Assembly (NCBI GenBank): GCA_051294375.1
Contig: CM119270.1
Span: forward strand, 6,561,556 to 6,625,555
DNA length: 64,000 bases
From: Paraspadella gotoi
Taxonomy: Eukaryota; Animalia; Chaetognatha
Direction of reading: 5' to 3'
Under the pieces are notes generated by a model, which was given only the letters and a program-made list of their open reading frames with translations, made no database searches and was not told the DNA's origin. The position numbers were made by a program, and so were the translations under genes. The stretch's first letter is position 1, and each line of letters opens with the position of its first letter. Positions 26,429 through 37,903 of the stretch are shown here, piece after piece.

Positions 26429-28073
26429 GTAACACAGTGCCCGGTTTCCTTGTTGTAAAACTTGTTTGTCTTTTTTCGTTCAGGAAACTAAAAGAGATTG
26501 TAAGAAATGCAGAAGGTAAAAGGAATAAAAAAATTGAAGCTTTTTAGATCCAGATTTCGATGGGATATTTAAGATACTATCTTGTTTAGATGTTCTGAAG
26601 TTTGTATAGGAATAACAAAACGAATAAATTCAAAAATAGAAAAAGGAGGACAAAAAAAGAGGTGAAAAAAAAATATAAAAAACGATTAGGAGAAAAAATA
26701 ATAAAGATCGAGAAATCAAAGAAAAAGATGGAAAAAGGAAAAAAAAGAAAAAAGGAAAAAAAAACAGGAAAAAAGAAAAGAAAAAGAAAAAGAGAAAGGA
26801 ATTTTTCATCTTCTCATTTGGAAGAAAGTTGCTCTTCCCTCAGCAAAACCTTTTTCTTTGTGGAGTATAAAACTTTATATTGTAAATTTGAGAATTTATT
26901 TTCATTTGGTTAATAATTAGTGGTTGAAATTAAGATTGAAAAAAAAACCGTACTTCTTTAACATCTACTAATCGTTGAAAAAGTCTCTACAAAATTTAAA
27001 AAATAAATAAACAACAGGTCTAGTAAGCAACCGAGTTTTGCTATGTGCAATGTTTCCATGGCAACAATTCGGTGACATGGAAGAAACTTCGTACATGAAA
27101 AATTTACGCAAAAATAACTCAACAAACCAAAAACGTCAACAAACAGCGTCCAAAATTTTTTTTNNNNNNNNNNNNNNNNNNNNNNNNNGAGAGAGAGAGA
27201 GAGGAGAGAGAGAGAGAGGAGACGAGAGAGACGGAGAGAGAGGAAAACCGCTGCATCAACCGAGCTCCTTTGGTATGGATTATGCTTGAAATCCTTGCCT
27301 TCTTTCCGCCTCCTTGCCAAGCAATTCCCGGACGCCAGAACTGGAGGTTTCTATCGTGACGCCATATTTGGAAGAAAATCCCTTTTCATTCTCCTTCCAC
27401 GTTTTCCCCCTCTCTCTCTCTCTTCTCGTCTCTCTCTCTTCTCTCTCTCTCTCGTCTCCTTCTATCTCTCTTCGCCTGTTCTGAAAAGTTGCGTTGGAGT
27501 TTGGTCTCAGGGAAGGTGGCTGTTTGGTCAGGACTTGTTGGGCCAGAGTGGTTCTGGTGGAGGAAAGTGGAGTCAGGTCAAATGGAACAGCAAATTCAGG
27601 GTAAAAAAAGTTGTAAGAATAATATGTCTTAATTGTTAATTGCTACTGTGTTAAAGACAAGGGAGAAAGTTTATTAAAATTTCATTTTACGTTCTTGTAC
27701 ATAGTTAAATCTGACGGACAAGTCAGCTTGATAGCCACTGCATAATAGGTAACTTTTTAAAAGTATTGTTTAGATATATATAATCGTGAAAATCGTAAAT
27801 ATTTCGAGTTAAGCTCGGTTAACGGATTTAAATTTTCATTCGATGAGGAAATTTCCCGCGAAAAGGAGCGGAAAGGTTCTTGGTCACGTCACGAATCGGG
27901 TTTCGGAATTTCCGAGATGGAATCGAATTTCTCATTAGTATTTGGGTCAAGTTTCTGCGAAGACACTTTTGGTCAGAATTCCCAGGGAGATGAATCGGAA
28001 GAGAAAAGAAGAAAGAATTTCGGGAGTTAAATATAGGGAGGGAGTTGGGAGGAAAATGGAGGTAGTTGGGAGG
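25258..28073 (-). repeat. Inner inverted repeat, right arm
   Basis: Reverse complement of 19461-22248 with a 162-bp insertion at 26485-26646; ends inside the G-rich minisatellite. Confidence 0.95.
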
Positions 28074-28933
28074 TAGTTAATGTTTTTTTCTTTCTAATTT
28101 TTAAGTTACCTTTGTTTGTGTTTAAGTCGCTTTGACCTTACAAGACTTAAACGTCGAGGTGTGGGAATTAAGCCTTTAAGTCTCAAAAGGCCAAACAAAA
28201 GCTTCGCTCGACTATCTTACTTTTCGTTCAACGTTAACCTGCCCTTTGAATCAGAGACTTTTAGAGAGCTTGACTTTTCATTTGAAATACCACTATCGAT
28301 GCAAATTTAAAGATTGACCGTTCCGCGATAAAATCTCAGATCGATGATATTAAAGAGAGACCTCGATAAAATCGAAGATCGATTGTCTTTTCGTTTGGAT
28401 GGGACTCGAATAAGAATCGAGGCCGATCTAATCTGGCGAATTTATTAGTTTTGCCGTCGATTTTTGTTTGCTTTTTGAATACACAAAAACATTCCTTCTT
28501 GTTTTCAATGTGGAAGCTCCCGGTTTAAAATGAAAATAATAAAATTTAAAAGCTGAAGCTTTGGTTTCATATAAACAAAACTTCTTTTGATTTTTATACT
28601 TCTTTTCTTAAAAAAAAGAGAAGAAAGCTTCTCCCATTATTTAAAAAACACAAGTTCACTCTCTCGCCAAGAAAAAAGTTCTTGAGAACTTCTAACGAAA
28701 AAATGTTTTCTCTTTCATTTTCTTCGTCGGTTTTTCCCTCCGCCGCCCCGCTCTGATCTACGTAAACAAACAGAAAATATTAAAACAATAACATAAGTAT
28801 CAATTGACGTAAAAGATGTTTTTGTATTCAAACCCTATTCTAATTACATATTAAGCCCCGGTATATTATTTTCAAGATATCTCATTAATGTAATCGTAGA
28901 TCATGCGCTTATTGTGACCTTACTTATTTTGAG

Positions 28934-29004
28934 CGGCAGTCAATTCCCACCATTGAGCCGATCGCCCCTTTCGCCGACGGAAAGGACTCCTGTTCCTCCG
29001 TTAG
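28934..29004 (+). CDS. Candidate small exon upstream of the tensin SH2 exons
   Basis: GC-rich 71-bp island between ttttgAG| and a consensus donor TAG|GTAAGT at 29005; no recognisable motif. Confidence 0.4.
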
Positions 29005-29872
29005 GTAAGTTCAAGTTTTATTACGTCAACTTTTTTTTTCTTGCGTTACGATTTTATTTTTCATGTTTTCACTAACAGACCATGCGTAAAAAAACAATTA
29101 TCGATCTTTAGAGCATCGTTTAGTGTCCTCCAAAAGACCTTCCTTCAATTTAGCGCTCCCTTGTTCCGGCTGGCGCCTTGTATTGTATTTTGGCGCACAG
29201 TCATATAGCTTATTTCTGTCAAACTCATGGATTCTCATTGCCTCCCGAGGGATGCCACTGAAGTTTTTGAAGTTTTTGTTTTGAGAAAAAAAAAATTAAT
29301 TTTACTATATTTATTTTTTAAAAAAAAGTACTATAATATATGGCAACATCGAGAAGTATTCTTAAATTTTTATATTTTTATATTTTTTTATATTTTTCTA
29401 TCTATTCATAACAAATTTGGAATTAATATTAAAACATCGATTAAAAAATTAAGACTGTTGTTATGAAGTTAAGCTTGGCCTAGCTTCTTTGTAACTATTC
29501 TCTCAATTTGACATCCAAGACATTTCCCTACTATCCCCGCAAATAAACAAAGCACGACCTTTTTAGGAATATTTTTACATTTTCTTTCCTTAAAATACAC
29601 TCCAATTTTGCCCTCTTTCATTTTGGTTCAGAATATATATTTTTACCGGACATACTCAAAAAATGTTTTTTCTTTCTTCTTTTGTTTTCGTTTTAGGACG
29701 TCTTAAGATTTAATTTTCGGCCATCGAGACAGCGTGTGTAGAAGGATCGATTTCGTCTCACCTTTATTTTCTGTTCCTCCCTTTCGCTTCTCTCAATCCC
29801 CTCCGTTGATATTCCCTTTCTTCCCTAATAACTTCCCCCCCCCCTTCATTTCACCCCGTTCCCCTCCGTTAG

Positions 29873-29990
29873 CGCCGACATGTCGGCAGTGTTCCCCACG
29901 GGGCGTCCACCAATCGGGTCAAGCTCTTCTCCCGCCTCTCAACTTCCCAGCTCCTTACTTCGGTTCAAGAGTCCAGTCTTACTTCTCAAG
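29873..29990 (+). CDS. Probable tensin pre-SH2 exon (Ser/Pro-rich)
   Basis: Long polypyrimidine tract then ttAG| at 29872; consensus donor AAG|GTAAGC at 29991. Encodes SSSPASQLP..PYFGSR..SSLTSQG with frameshifts; directly upstream of the SH2 exon, same strand. Confidence 0.65.
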
Positions 29991-30605
29991 GTAAGCTTTT
30001 CTTAACGACAAAAACAAATTTACTCAATTAAAACTAATACCATCAACGCTTACAAGTTTAGCTCTAAGTTTAATAAAAAATTTATAGATTCGTATTGGGA
30101 TGCATTCAGAAGATCATAATATATGACTTATAAAGAAATAAGTTACTCTTTAGGGACCTGTAGTCATTTTCAGGTCACTTTTTTAATTTAAAAAAAAATA
30201 ATTCTCTTGCACGAAAAAGAATTTTCGTTCTCGTTTCTTAGTTCCGTATGACGTTGATTTAATTTAGTGGGAAATAACACCCCCTCGGTGATCTTAATAA
30301 AGGACCGACGTTATCTTTCCCAGAGCTCGGACAAGCGCTAATATTTGTTTTTGTTGGATTAAGTTCTTAAAGTTTTATCTATCAACCTGTTGATTTCAAC
30401 AAGGAGCTCTTTTATTTGTGTCCTTCCCGCCTTATCGTATATATGAGGTTTTAAGTCCTTTGGTTGGTAAAACCCTTCCGTTGTTTTTTCCAACCCACTG
30501 TCCCATCACTAACTTTTATTTTCTCTCCTTTCTACGAATTTTTCATCTCGAAAGTATTTCGTCCTTTCGAGATCCAATTCCCCCCCCTGTCCCCCCAAAT
30601 AACAG

Positions 30606-30779
30606 GAGGCGGAGAGGGTTGGTAAAAGACTCACCCGGTCTTCGTGAGAGACACTTCACAATTTTTGGTTACAAACCCTTCAATTTCTAAGAGGAGGAGG
30701 GCCATTTTTTCTTTCCCCTCAAGGATCAAACTCTGGCCAGGGACGATTCGTCGTTAGGGACTCCAAACTCGTTTCCAGC
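30606..30779 (+). CDS. TNS: Tensin, exon encoding the start of the SH2 domain (frameshifted by indels)
   Basis: Acceptor ccccccaaataacAG| at 30605, donor |GTGAGT at 30780. Removing several single-base insertions by eye gives [41 protein letters not shown], matching the tensin SH2 start (vertebrate form [43 protein letters not shown]). [11 protein letters not shown] and FVVRDS read uninterrupted. Confidence 0.93.
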
Positions 30780-30886
30780 GTGAGTCAAATCTTTGTACCG
30801 TCGTACATTATATTGTTATTCTTACCGCCTTACCTTAATATTTCAATAAAAGGAAATAATAAATAAACCTCAAAACATACTCTCAG

Positions 30887-31329
30887 GCGCCTTCGGCGCT
30901 GGCCATCCCGCGTCGCCCGAACTCTCTGTCCAAACTCAGCGCCGTTCGCGCAGGCGCCGGAGGAGCGCCACCCACACGCCGGAAGAGTTTGTCCGTCACT
31001 TTTTGATCGAGCCGACGGCGCGTGGGGTGGCGCATGCTCAAGGGCTGCGCCAGACGAGCCTACCTTCGCTTGTCCCTCGCCGCCCTCGTCTTCAACACTC
31101 CATTAAACACCGTTGGCACTCCCCTGCAAAGTCATCCTTCCCTTCCACCGACGTTCTCGGACGGACCGGGCCGGCGCCGTCGTCACGCCCCCTGGCACTC
31201 CGGCCAGCGGCAGGGCCGTGGCCGAAATGACCCCCGGAGCGGCGCAGCTTCGCCGGACGTAGGCAGCGGCGGGCGTTCTGACATCCGGAGACAATAGTGA
31301 CACTAAAACTTCGCAGCTCTTTCTCCAGG
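30887..31329 (+). CDS. TNS: Tensin, exon encoding the rest of the SH2 domain and SH2-PTB linker (frameshifted)
   Basis: Follows a 107-bp GT..AG intron (30780-30886). Reads GAFG(L)AI(R)VA...[33 protein letters not shown](F)QHSI-TPLALPCK-ILPSTDVLG...DTKTSQLFLQG across frameshifts; tensin consensus is [50 protein letters not shown]...LLKQG. 3' boundary approximate. Confidence 0.93.
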
Positions 31330-32072
31330 GTTGAAGATAAAGAAAAAAGAGAGAATGAGAAAAATAGGAAGTAAGAAGATAAAAAAAAAAACAAAGACAA
31401 AGAAAAGCTTGCCAGAAAAAATGATTTATTTGAAAAAAAGCCAAAAACAAATTATAAACACCGACGACGAGAAAAATTAGAAAAAATTTAGAGTTCGTGA
31501 CATTTCCTTATTCACTGACAAAGCGACCACCTGGAAACAAAATCCTCTGTTACCTAAATGCAAATACCGCCCACGAAATTTAATAAATAACGTTAACTAA
31601 ATATGGGAGAGAGTTTTAGACGCTGAAAGACTATTTGAAAAAATATTTTTAATACAAAGTAATACATAATAATAATTATAAAAGTTATAAAAACAAACTG
31701 GCTTTCGGTTTGGGCTTGATTTTTGTCGAATCCGAAAGCGATGATTGGCCCCACGCGGCCGTTTAGAGAAATTAACTTTTATAGCGAGAAAGAAATATCC
31801 ACTTGTTTTACTAAATTAATGAGAAATTAGAATGTTAGCCAAATTAATTCACAAAAAACGTTTTATTTGAAAGTTATAATAGTTTACTTTAAAAAAAGAA
31901 ATAAGTCATTAAACTTGGTAAAGAAAATTATAAATTAGAAACCGGCTTTTTCTCAACGTCTATGTACTAATAAAGCTTCAAAGAAATACATCCTTAAAGA
32001 ATGCTCAAGTTTTTAAATTATAAATTAGTAATTAAAATTATACCATCGCTTACGCTCTATAAACCTCAATAC

Positions 32073-32217
32073 CTCAGAGACTTGGGTGAAGGACGGGAAG
32101 CGAGAGGCGATGCCGCGAGATGTCGTCCGTCAAATTCCACGACATCAATTCGTTGAATGTCTTGAGGAATGGATTCCGAATTCTACCGAGATTCTCCACA
32201 AAGAAAACAAAGAAACT
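32073..32217 (-). CDS. Third candidate exon of the minus-strand unit
   Basis: Acceptor tttaccAG| (32218) and donor GAG|GTATTG (32072); reading frame ambiguous. Confidence 0.45.
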
Positions 32218-32472
32218 CTGGTAAATTTCCGGATTTAGCAACAAAAATTTTTTTTTGCTTAACCCCCGGCGATTTTTTAAATATAAATTAGATAAATTTC
32301 CTCTCAAAGTTTTTATACTCATTGAATCGTGGATAATTTTCTAATAAATCTTTATTATTTATACACCTCACCAATAATTTAAAAAAAACCTTACCCTCAT
32401 TTTATTTTATTTCCACGACACAACAAAAATTTTAAAACATGTCAGCTTTCGCACACTCCCCTCTTAACTAAC

Positions 32473-32700
32473 TCGAACCACCTGAGCGTTTTCTGTCCTC
32501 ATGGGAAAAGTGGGTGAGCTGGAAAAAGGGGCGAAGGGGTCCAAGGTGAGTGCTGCCTCATGGAGTGTTGAGGTAATGCGTAAGGAAGTGCTGGCGTCGG
32601 TAAGAGGCAGAGTAAAAGTGAGACTCTGGAGAGGGAATTCTAGAGCTTTGGAGGATTGGTGGCCGAAGAGGTCAAGCCTCGTGTTGACCAAACGTTCGCT
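32473..32700 (-). CDS. Next exon of the minus-strand unit
   Basis: 89-bp GT..AG intron 32789-32701 (GTGACT...ctacAG); GC-rich exon ending at |GTTAGT (32472) or |GTGGTT (32481). One frame contains SSRIPSP. Confidence 0.55.
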
Positions 32701-32789
32701 CTGTAGTTTGAGTTTTAGCGAAATTTTTTATTTGTTTTTAGTTAAAACCTCCAGAACTCGAACATAACTCCCCCCCCCTCTCCAGTCAC

Positions 32790-35700
32790 CTGAACTCGCT
32801 TCGCCGAGACTCAACGCCTGCGACGTGACGACTTTAAAAATCGCTAGTTTGATGCTGAATCGTTTGCTGATGATGTGCTGAACGCGGAAAGTTGCCTCTG
32901 CGAAAGTGCTGCTGCGTATCCCGTTGGCTGCATGACTAGCCGTTTGTTGTTGCATCTCCCGCTTGCTGCAGGCGCGAACTGCCTCTTGCCTGTTGCGAAG
33001 CTGTCAACGCCTGATGCTCCGTCCAGGCGGAGAACGAGTTCCTGTTTGAAGTCGCTCGCAACTTTTCTTTCTCGCAGACGACGCCCGCCGCTCTCGGCTG
33101 GTCGGCGTTCGGACCCAAACGGCGTCGCCTGTCCCTGCGCGCGTTATTGGTCCCTGCGGCGTCGCCTGACCCCCCGACGACGTCGGCGGCGATCCGGCGA
33201 TGACATCGGTCGCTGCGCCTGATGAATTTGCCGCATGATGCTCGAGACGTCGTAGTTGATCTGGGCTGGTCGAGCAACCGCTGACGCTGCGGCCATTTCC
33301 GGCGTCGTGGAGTGTCGAACCGGGTTTGATGGTGGATCTAGAGCGGTGGAAGCAAATCGTGTTGGAACTGAACTCTCGTCTCCTCGTTGGATCCCGTCAA
33401 AAGTTTTCTGGAATGACAGGCGAAGTTTGTCTTAGATATAAAAATCCGCTCCCTGCCCTCGCCGCCGCATAAGGCGTCCTCCATCGGTTGAGCTGCGGCG
33501 GCAGCGATTTCGCCGCGGGAAAAAGGAAAAGGCGGTTCGACGGCGGCTGCGGCGGCAACTGCGAGCCAGAGGGCCTTCTCGGCGACCGCTCCAAATCTTC
33601 CGTCCTCCTCCGAAAGAATTCTTGCTCGATGTTGGGTGCGTGGAGATGGAAACCCTAAACGTCGAGGTGCCAAGGTGACGTACGACGTCGACGTCCATAA
33701 AGAGGAAACTTTCTCTTCGTCACTCATCGCCGTGTGTCGATATATACCGTTTTAGCGCAGCTTGACTGCCATGCTCGCAGCTTTTCATCAGCCCGCTGCT
33801 GGTAGATCCTTACGATACTCAGGGTAAATCTGCGAGACGGCAAAGTCATGTCCAAGCGGATCGGTCAGGGCGGCGGCGGGAAGTGGAGGGAGGGCGTCCG
33901 GTGGCGGTAGAAGTTTGCGGCGGTGACGGACCGCGGTTACTCTCTGTAAATCGAGTAATCGTCGTTTCCAGGTCGTCTTTGTCGTCTACTCTCATGTTGT
34001 TGTCGTCGTGTCTTCGTACTGCTCGAACGAGAGATCTTTTCGTTCACTGGTGATCATATACTTACCTGCTTAGGACGCCCCTGAGCCTCTCGGAAGGAGA
34101 GGCTCCCGAGCTTTGGAGGGAATCCTCTTGATGCTCCCGATGGGCACGAGAGTGTCATCGCCTCTGGGTCGTCAGAGTTTCAAGCGCCTGGCGGGGGAGG
34201 TTGTGTACACATGCGCGAACCGCGTCTCCAAGGGCGCCGTCACAGTCTCCACACCCGGCGTCGTCTCCTCTTCCGGCGGCCGAACTTGAAACTTTGCGAA
34301 ATAGTGGATCGTCCGTCGTCCCTGGCGTGGGCCTCTCGCCGCTCACGGCGTTGGGCGGGGACAAAGTAAATCACGCACCGCTGCTCGTAGCGAACGTTGT
34401 GTCGCCATCCTTCCCTTCGCCCTCTTACAGTGAAGCTGCACCAGATCTTCTCTCGTAGTCGAAAACCATATATATAGGTGGACGAGCCTCTTCCGCCGAC
34501 TCCATCCCTCCTGCACATCCGGTAAGCATAGGAAAGGCCGGACTCTCCAGCCGTCAGCCCACACCATATTCCGCCTTGAGGCGTTTTTTTCGGCGAGGAT
34601 GGCTCGCGTTTGAGAGGGGGACTCGGCGAGTGGATTCTCCGGGCGATCCTCTGCTTCGAATTGCGTCGCCGGCGTCGGTGACTGAGAGAGGATTGAAGGT
34701 GCGGTTTCGATTCCTGTCGGGAGACCGAGAAGGCGAAGTGTGCACAGACGAAGGAGGAAGGTTAGAGTCCGTGGCCGACCCGACGTCGGAGTGACGCCGG
34801 GGAGTGGTCGCCTTTGTCGTCGTCGAGGCGTTGGAGAGGGTCCCGCAAGTCCCTTCGACGCTCCAAGATTTGTGATCCCACAAGAGGGCAGCTCGCGCTC
34901 TCGCACTGAGAGGCAGCTGTAGGCGCTCAGGCCTTCGGTTATCTCCCTCGAAAATCCTTCCAAGTTACTATCTCCAAGCGGAACGGCGTCGACGGAGACT
35001 CAAATCTCCTCCGCGACGCGAACGCTCGAAGTCCAGACGAAGCGAAAAACCAGACTAATCCGCAGAGAACGCCGGATCCAACAGAAAAAACAGATTTTTC
35101 AAGTCTGGGAGGCGCTGTCGAGCCGTGCCGGCTGAGCCGCTGAGGCTAGCGAAGCGAGAAGCATCCGTCGAAACGAGATTTACCGCGAGGTGTGTCCGTC
35201 GTTGCTGCTCTGGTCCGCCGTGTGGGCTCCGTGCTTACGACCCAGCCCGCTGGCAACCGGAGTGAAACGCCGCTCCCGCCGCCATGCTCCTTGGAGAGAC
35301 AATGTTTGGGTTAGAGATGGTGGAGGCGGTTCCACTCTCAGAGGCGCGCCTGTATCCGGAGCGGGTGACTGTAAAGCGGACCCTTTTGCGCCGTCGGTAT
35401 TCGGTTTTATGAGACGGCGCCCAGAGATTTTGTATGGTCCCTGATGAGGCCCTTGAGGCGCCGAGGCGGCTGGGCGAGGCGATGGCTGGGCGTGGGGGCG
35501 GTTTGGTTGGGCGGGGTATACGTGAAGGTTGTTGTTGTTGTTGCTGTGGTTGTTGGTTGTGTTTTTTTATTCCTTGGATCTCTGGAACGACGACGACACG
35601 AAACCGATCTTCGCGACGAAATATTTTCCCTGAGTTTTTCGATCTTCGTTGGTCGTCGTCTATCGAAGGGTCGAATATTTGTGGAGAACTTTGGAACGAT

Positions 35701-35810
35701 CATGCGGATGGTATGTGTGGAATAGGCGATCTACGACTGATCCGTTGGAGGAGCGGACGACGTCGGTTGAGTGGAAAGCAGGGGAAGGGTAGGCATTTGC
35801 GTTGCTAGGC
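32790..35810 (-). CDS. Large (~3 kb) frameshifted exon of an unidentified Ser/Pro/Thr/Arg/Gln-rich, probably disordered protein
   Basis: Sharp GC-rich, microsatellite-free block in AT-rich surroundings; overlapping open segments on minus (QQPQQQQQQPSRIPRPTKPPPRP; LEGFSREITEGLSAYS; SNASTTTKATTPRRHSDVGS; HDDNNMRVDDKDDLETT; EMAAASAVARPAQINYDVSSIMRQIHQAQRP); ends at CAG|GTGACT donor (32789). 5' end approximate. Confidence 0.65.
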
Positions 35811-37429
35811 AGATGGTGGGATAGAACAAAAATGAGAATAATAATGATTAAACAGCGAGAAAAGACTTGTTAAAATGAAAATGGTAGCAAGGAGTAACTG
35901 CCGAATTCCTTTTTTGAACGTATTAGGGTTGATTATGTATGAAAGAACTAATTTGATAAATTGTTTACTACTTTTTTTAGTTTATCTTGTTAATGAGGAC
36001 GGGCTTTCATTTAATATTTCTCCGACCAGTAGAGAAAATTTCTTTTAAATCGTCTTGTAAAGGTATTTGTTTACGGTTTTCTGAGGGAGAAAAACGACGC
36101 ACTAATGATTTGCGGAAGACCGGATTTCATCCGCACCACCGAAATCATCGCGCGAGTGCGCCACATAGTTTATTAGCCAATCGGCTCAGATCATTTCACA
36201 ACAGCAGATGGAGTCGTCGCGTTAAATTGATGAGAATGTGGGCCCTTTAAAGATTTTTTTTTAAAAAAGATTTTAAAAGTCTGATTACTTATTGGAAAGT
36301 ATTTAATATAATTATATGTAATTTAAATTATTCAAAAGTTATATTTAAATCTGTTTACATATAGATGTAAGAAATTCTTAAAATGTTGACATCTATAAAA
36401 ACTTTTTCCGATATTCTTCTTGGTTGTGAGATGGACGTCATTTTTTTATTTCTTTTCGATTCGATGACCACTAGAAACTTCGATACAGAAAGAAAAACGC
36501 CGAGTAACTTTTAATTGGGATTCAAGCCTCTCCAGTTTCATGGTCTTTACGCTATGTCTGCAGACACTTTATCAATCCATCGTGAGGTTTTTAGAAGGTC
36601 TCTCTTCTCTCTCTCTCTCTCTCTACCTCTCTCCTCTCCTCTTTGCTCTCTCATCTCCCTCTCTTATCTCCTTCTCTCTTCTCTTCTCTCCTCTCTTTTT
36701 CTCCTCTTCATCGCCCAAACGATCTTATGTAAGGAGGAACGAACTTTAAGAACCATCCCTCTCAACACATACTCTCTTCTCTCTTCATCCTCTCTCTCTC
36801 GAAACCATCTCTCCTCTCTCTCTCTCTCTCCTCTCTCTCTCCTCCTCCTCATACCATCTATAACTCTCTCATCTCTCTGAAGGAATAATAAAACGAAAAC
36901 AAGAGGCGATTCAAACTCTCGAGCTCTTCCTTCGTTTTACGGTTCGACCCTCACAGTGAATGAAAATTGGTGAATGGAGCAAGGGAGGTGGCGATAGATG
37001 GGGTATAGAAATATATCTGCGTTGATCGGAGTGAGGGTCAAAAAAACTGATATATTATAATGGGGTGATGTGTGCAAGGCATTTTAATCTATTTCTGCAA
37101 TTGGAATTTGATTACGTTCAATCGAGGGCAGCGGGGAATTGTCGGGCGTTTCAATGAAAAGAGTTTGGTTTGATGTTGAACTGTAAATGTTGACTTATCT
37201 CTGAAAAAAACAATCTTTCCGTTCATTTCCCAGGTCTGTAAGATAAATTATATTGTGCGCTATGATGTCTCGGGAAATACTGTGATAAGAAAAGACTCTG
37301 CGAGAAAGCACGAAGAGAGAGAGAGAGAGTGAGAGAGAGAAGATGCAGTCAGAGAGACGGAAAGTAGAGCAGATTATTATCACTAAGAGTCAGGCTATGT
37401 ACGGATGACCTTGACTCTTAGTAAGTGCT

Positions 37430-37850
37430 CTGTTCGTAGATTTTTAGAATTTATTTATAATTCGTGACTCGTTTCAAGATATAGAGCTACAATTTTTCAT
37501 TTCAAACGGGTGATCGCCGTTTTGTCAATACACGATTCATCTAGGAGGTTTTTTGTCCATTCCCGCGCAAATTTGTGCCCAATCGCATTTTTTGGTTCCC
37601 GTTTCTACTTTTTTTCACCACATTCTATCCATCAATGTTGTCCATCGCTCTAGTCCGTCATCCGCACCCGACTTTCCACGGTGAGGCTAGCCTACGCCCT
37701 CTCCGCGGGCATCGCACCCGCGCGTCCCATTTTCCGGAGTCGAGGTAATATTTTCTTATCGATCCGGAATAAAGTCCTCATCCACTCAGATCCAGAAAGA
37801 GAAGGGGCCACTTTTTCCCCTAAATTGATCTGGGGCAGAGAGAGGCAGAG

Positions 37851-37903
<53 letters not shown>

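Noticed and set aside
34060-34070. Consensus donor CAG|GTAAGT inside the large minus-strand exon
   Set aside because: Coding-like GC-rich sequence continues past it with no AT-rich intron or acceptor; at most an alternative site.
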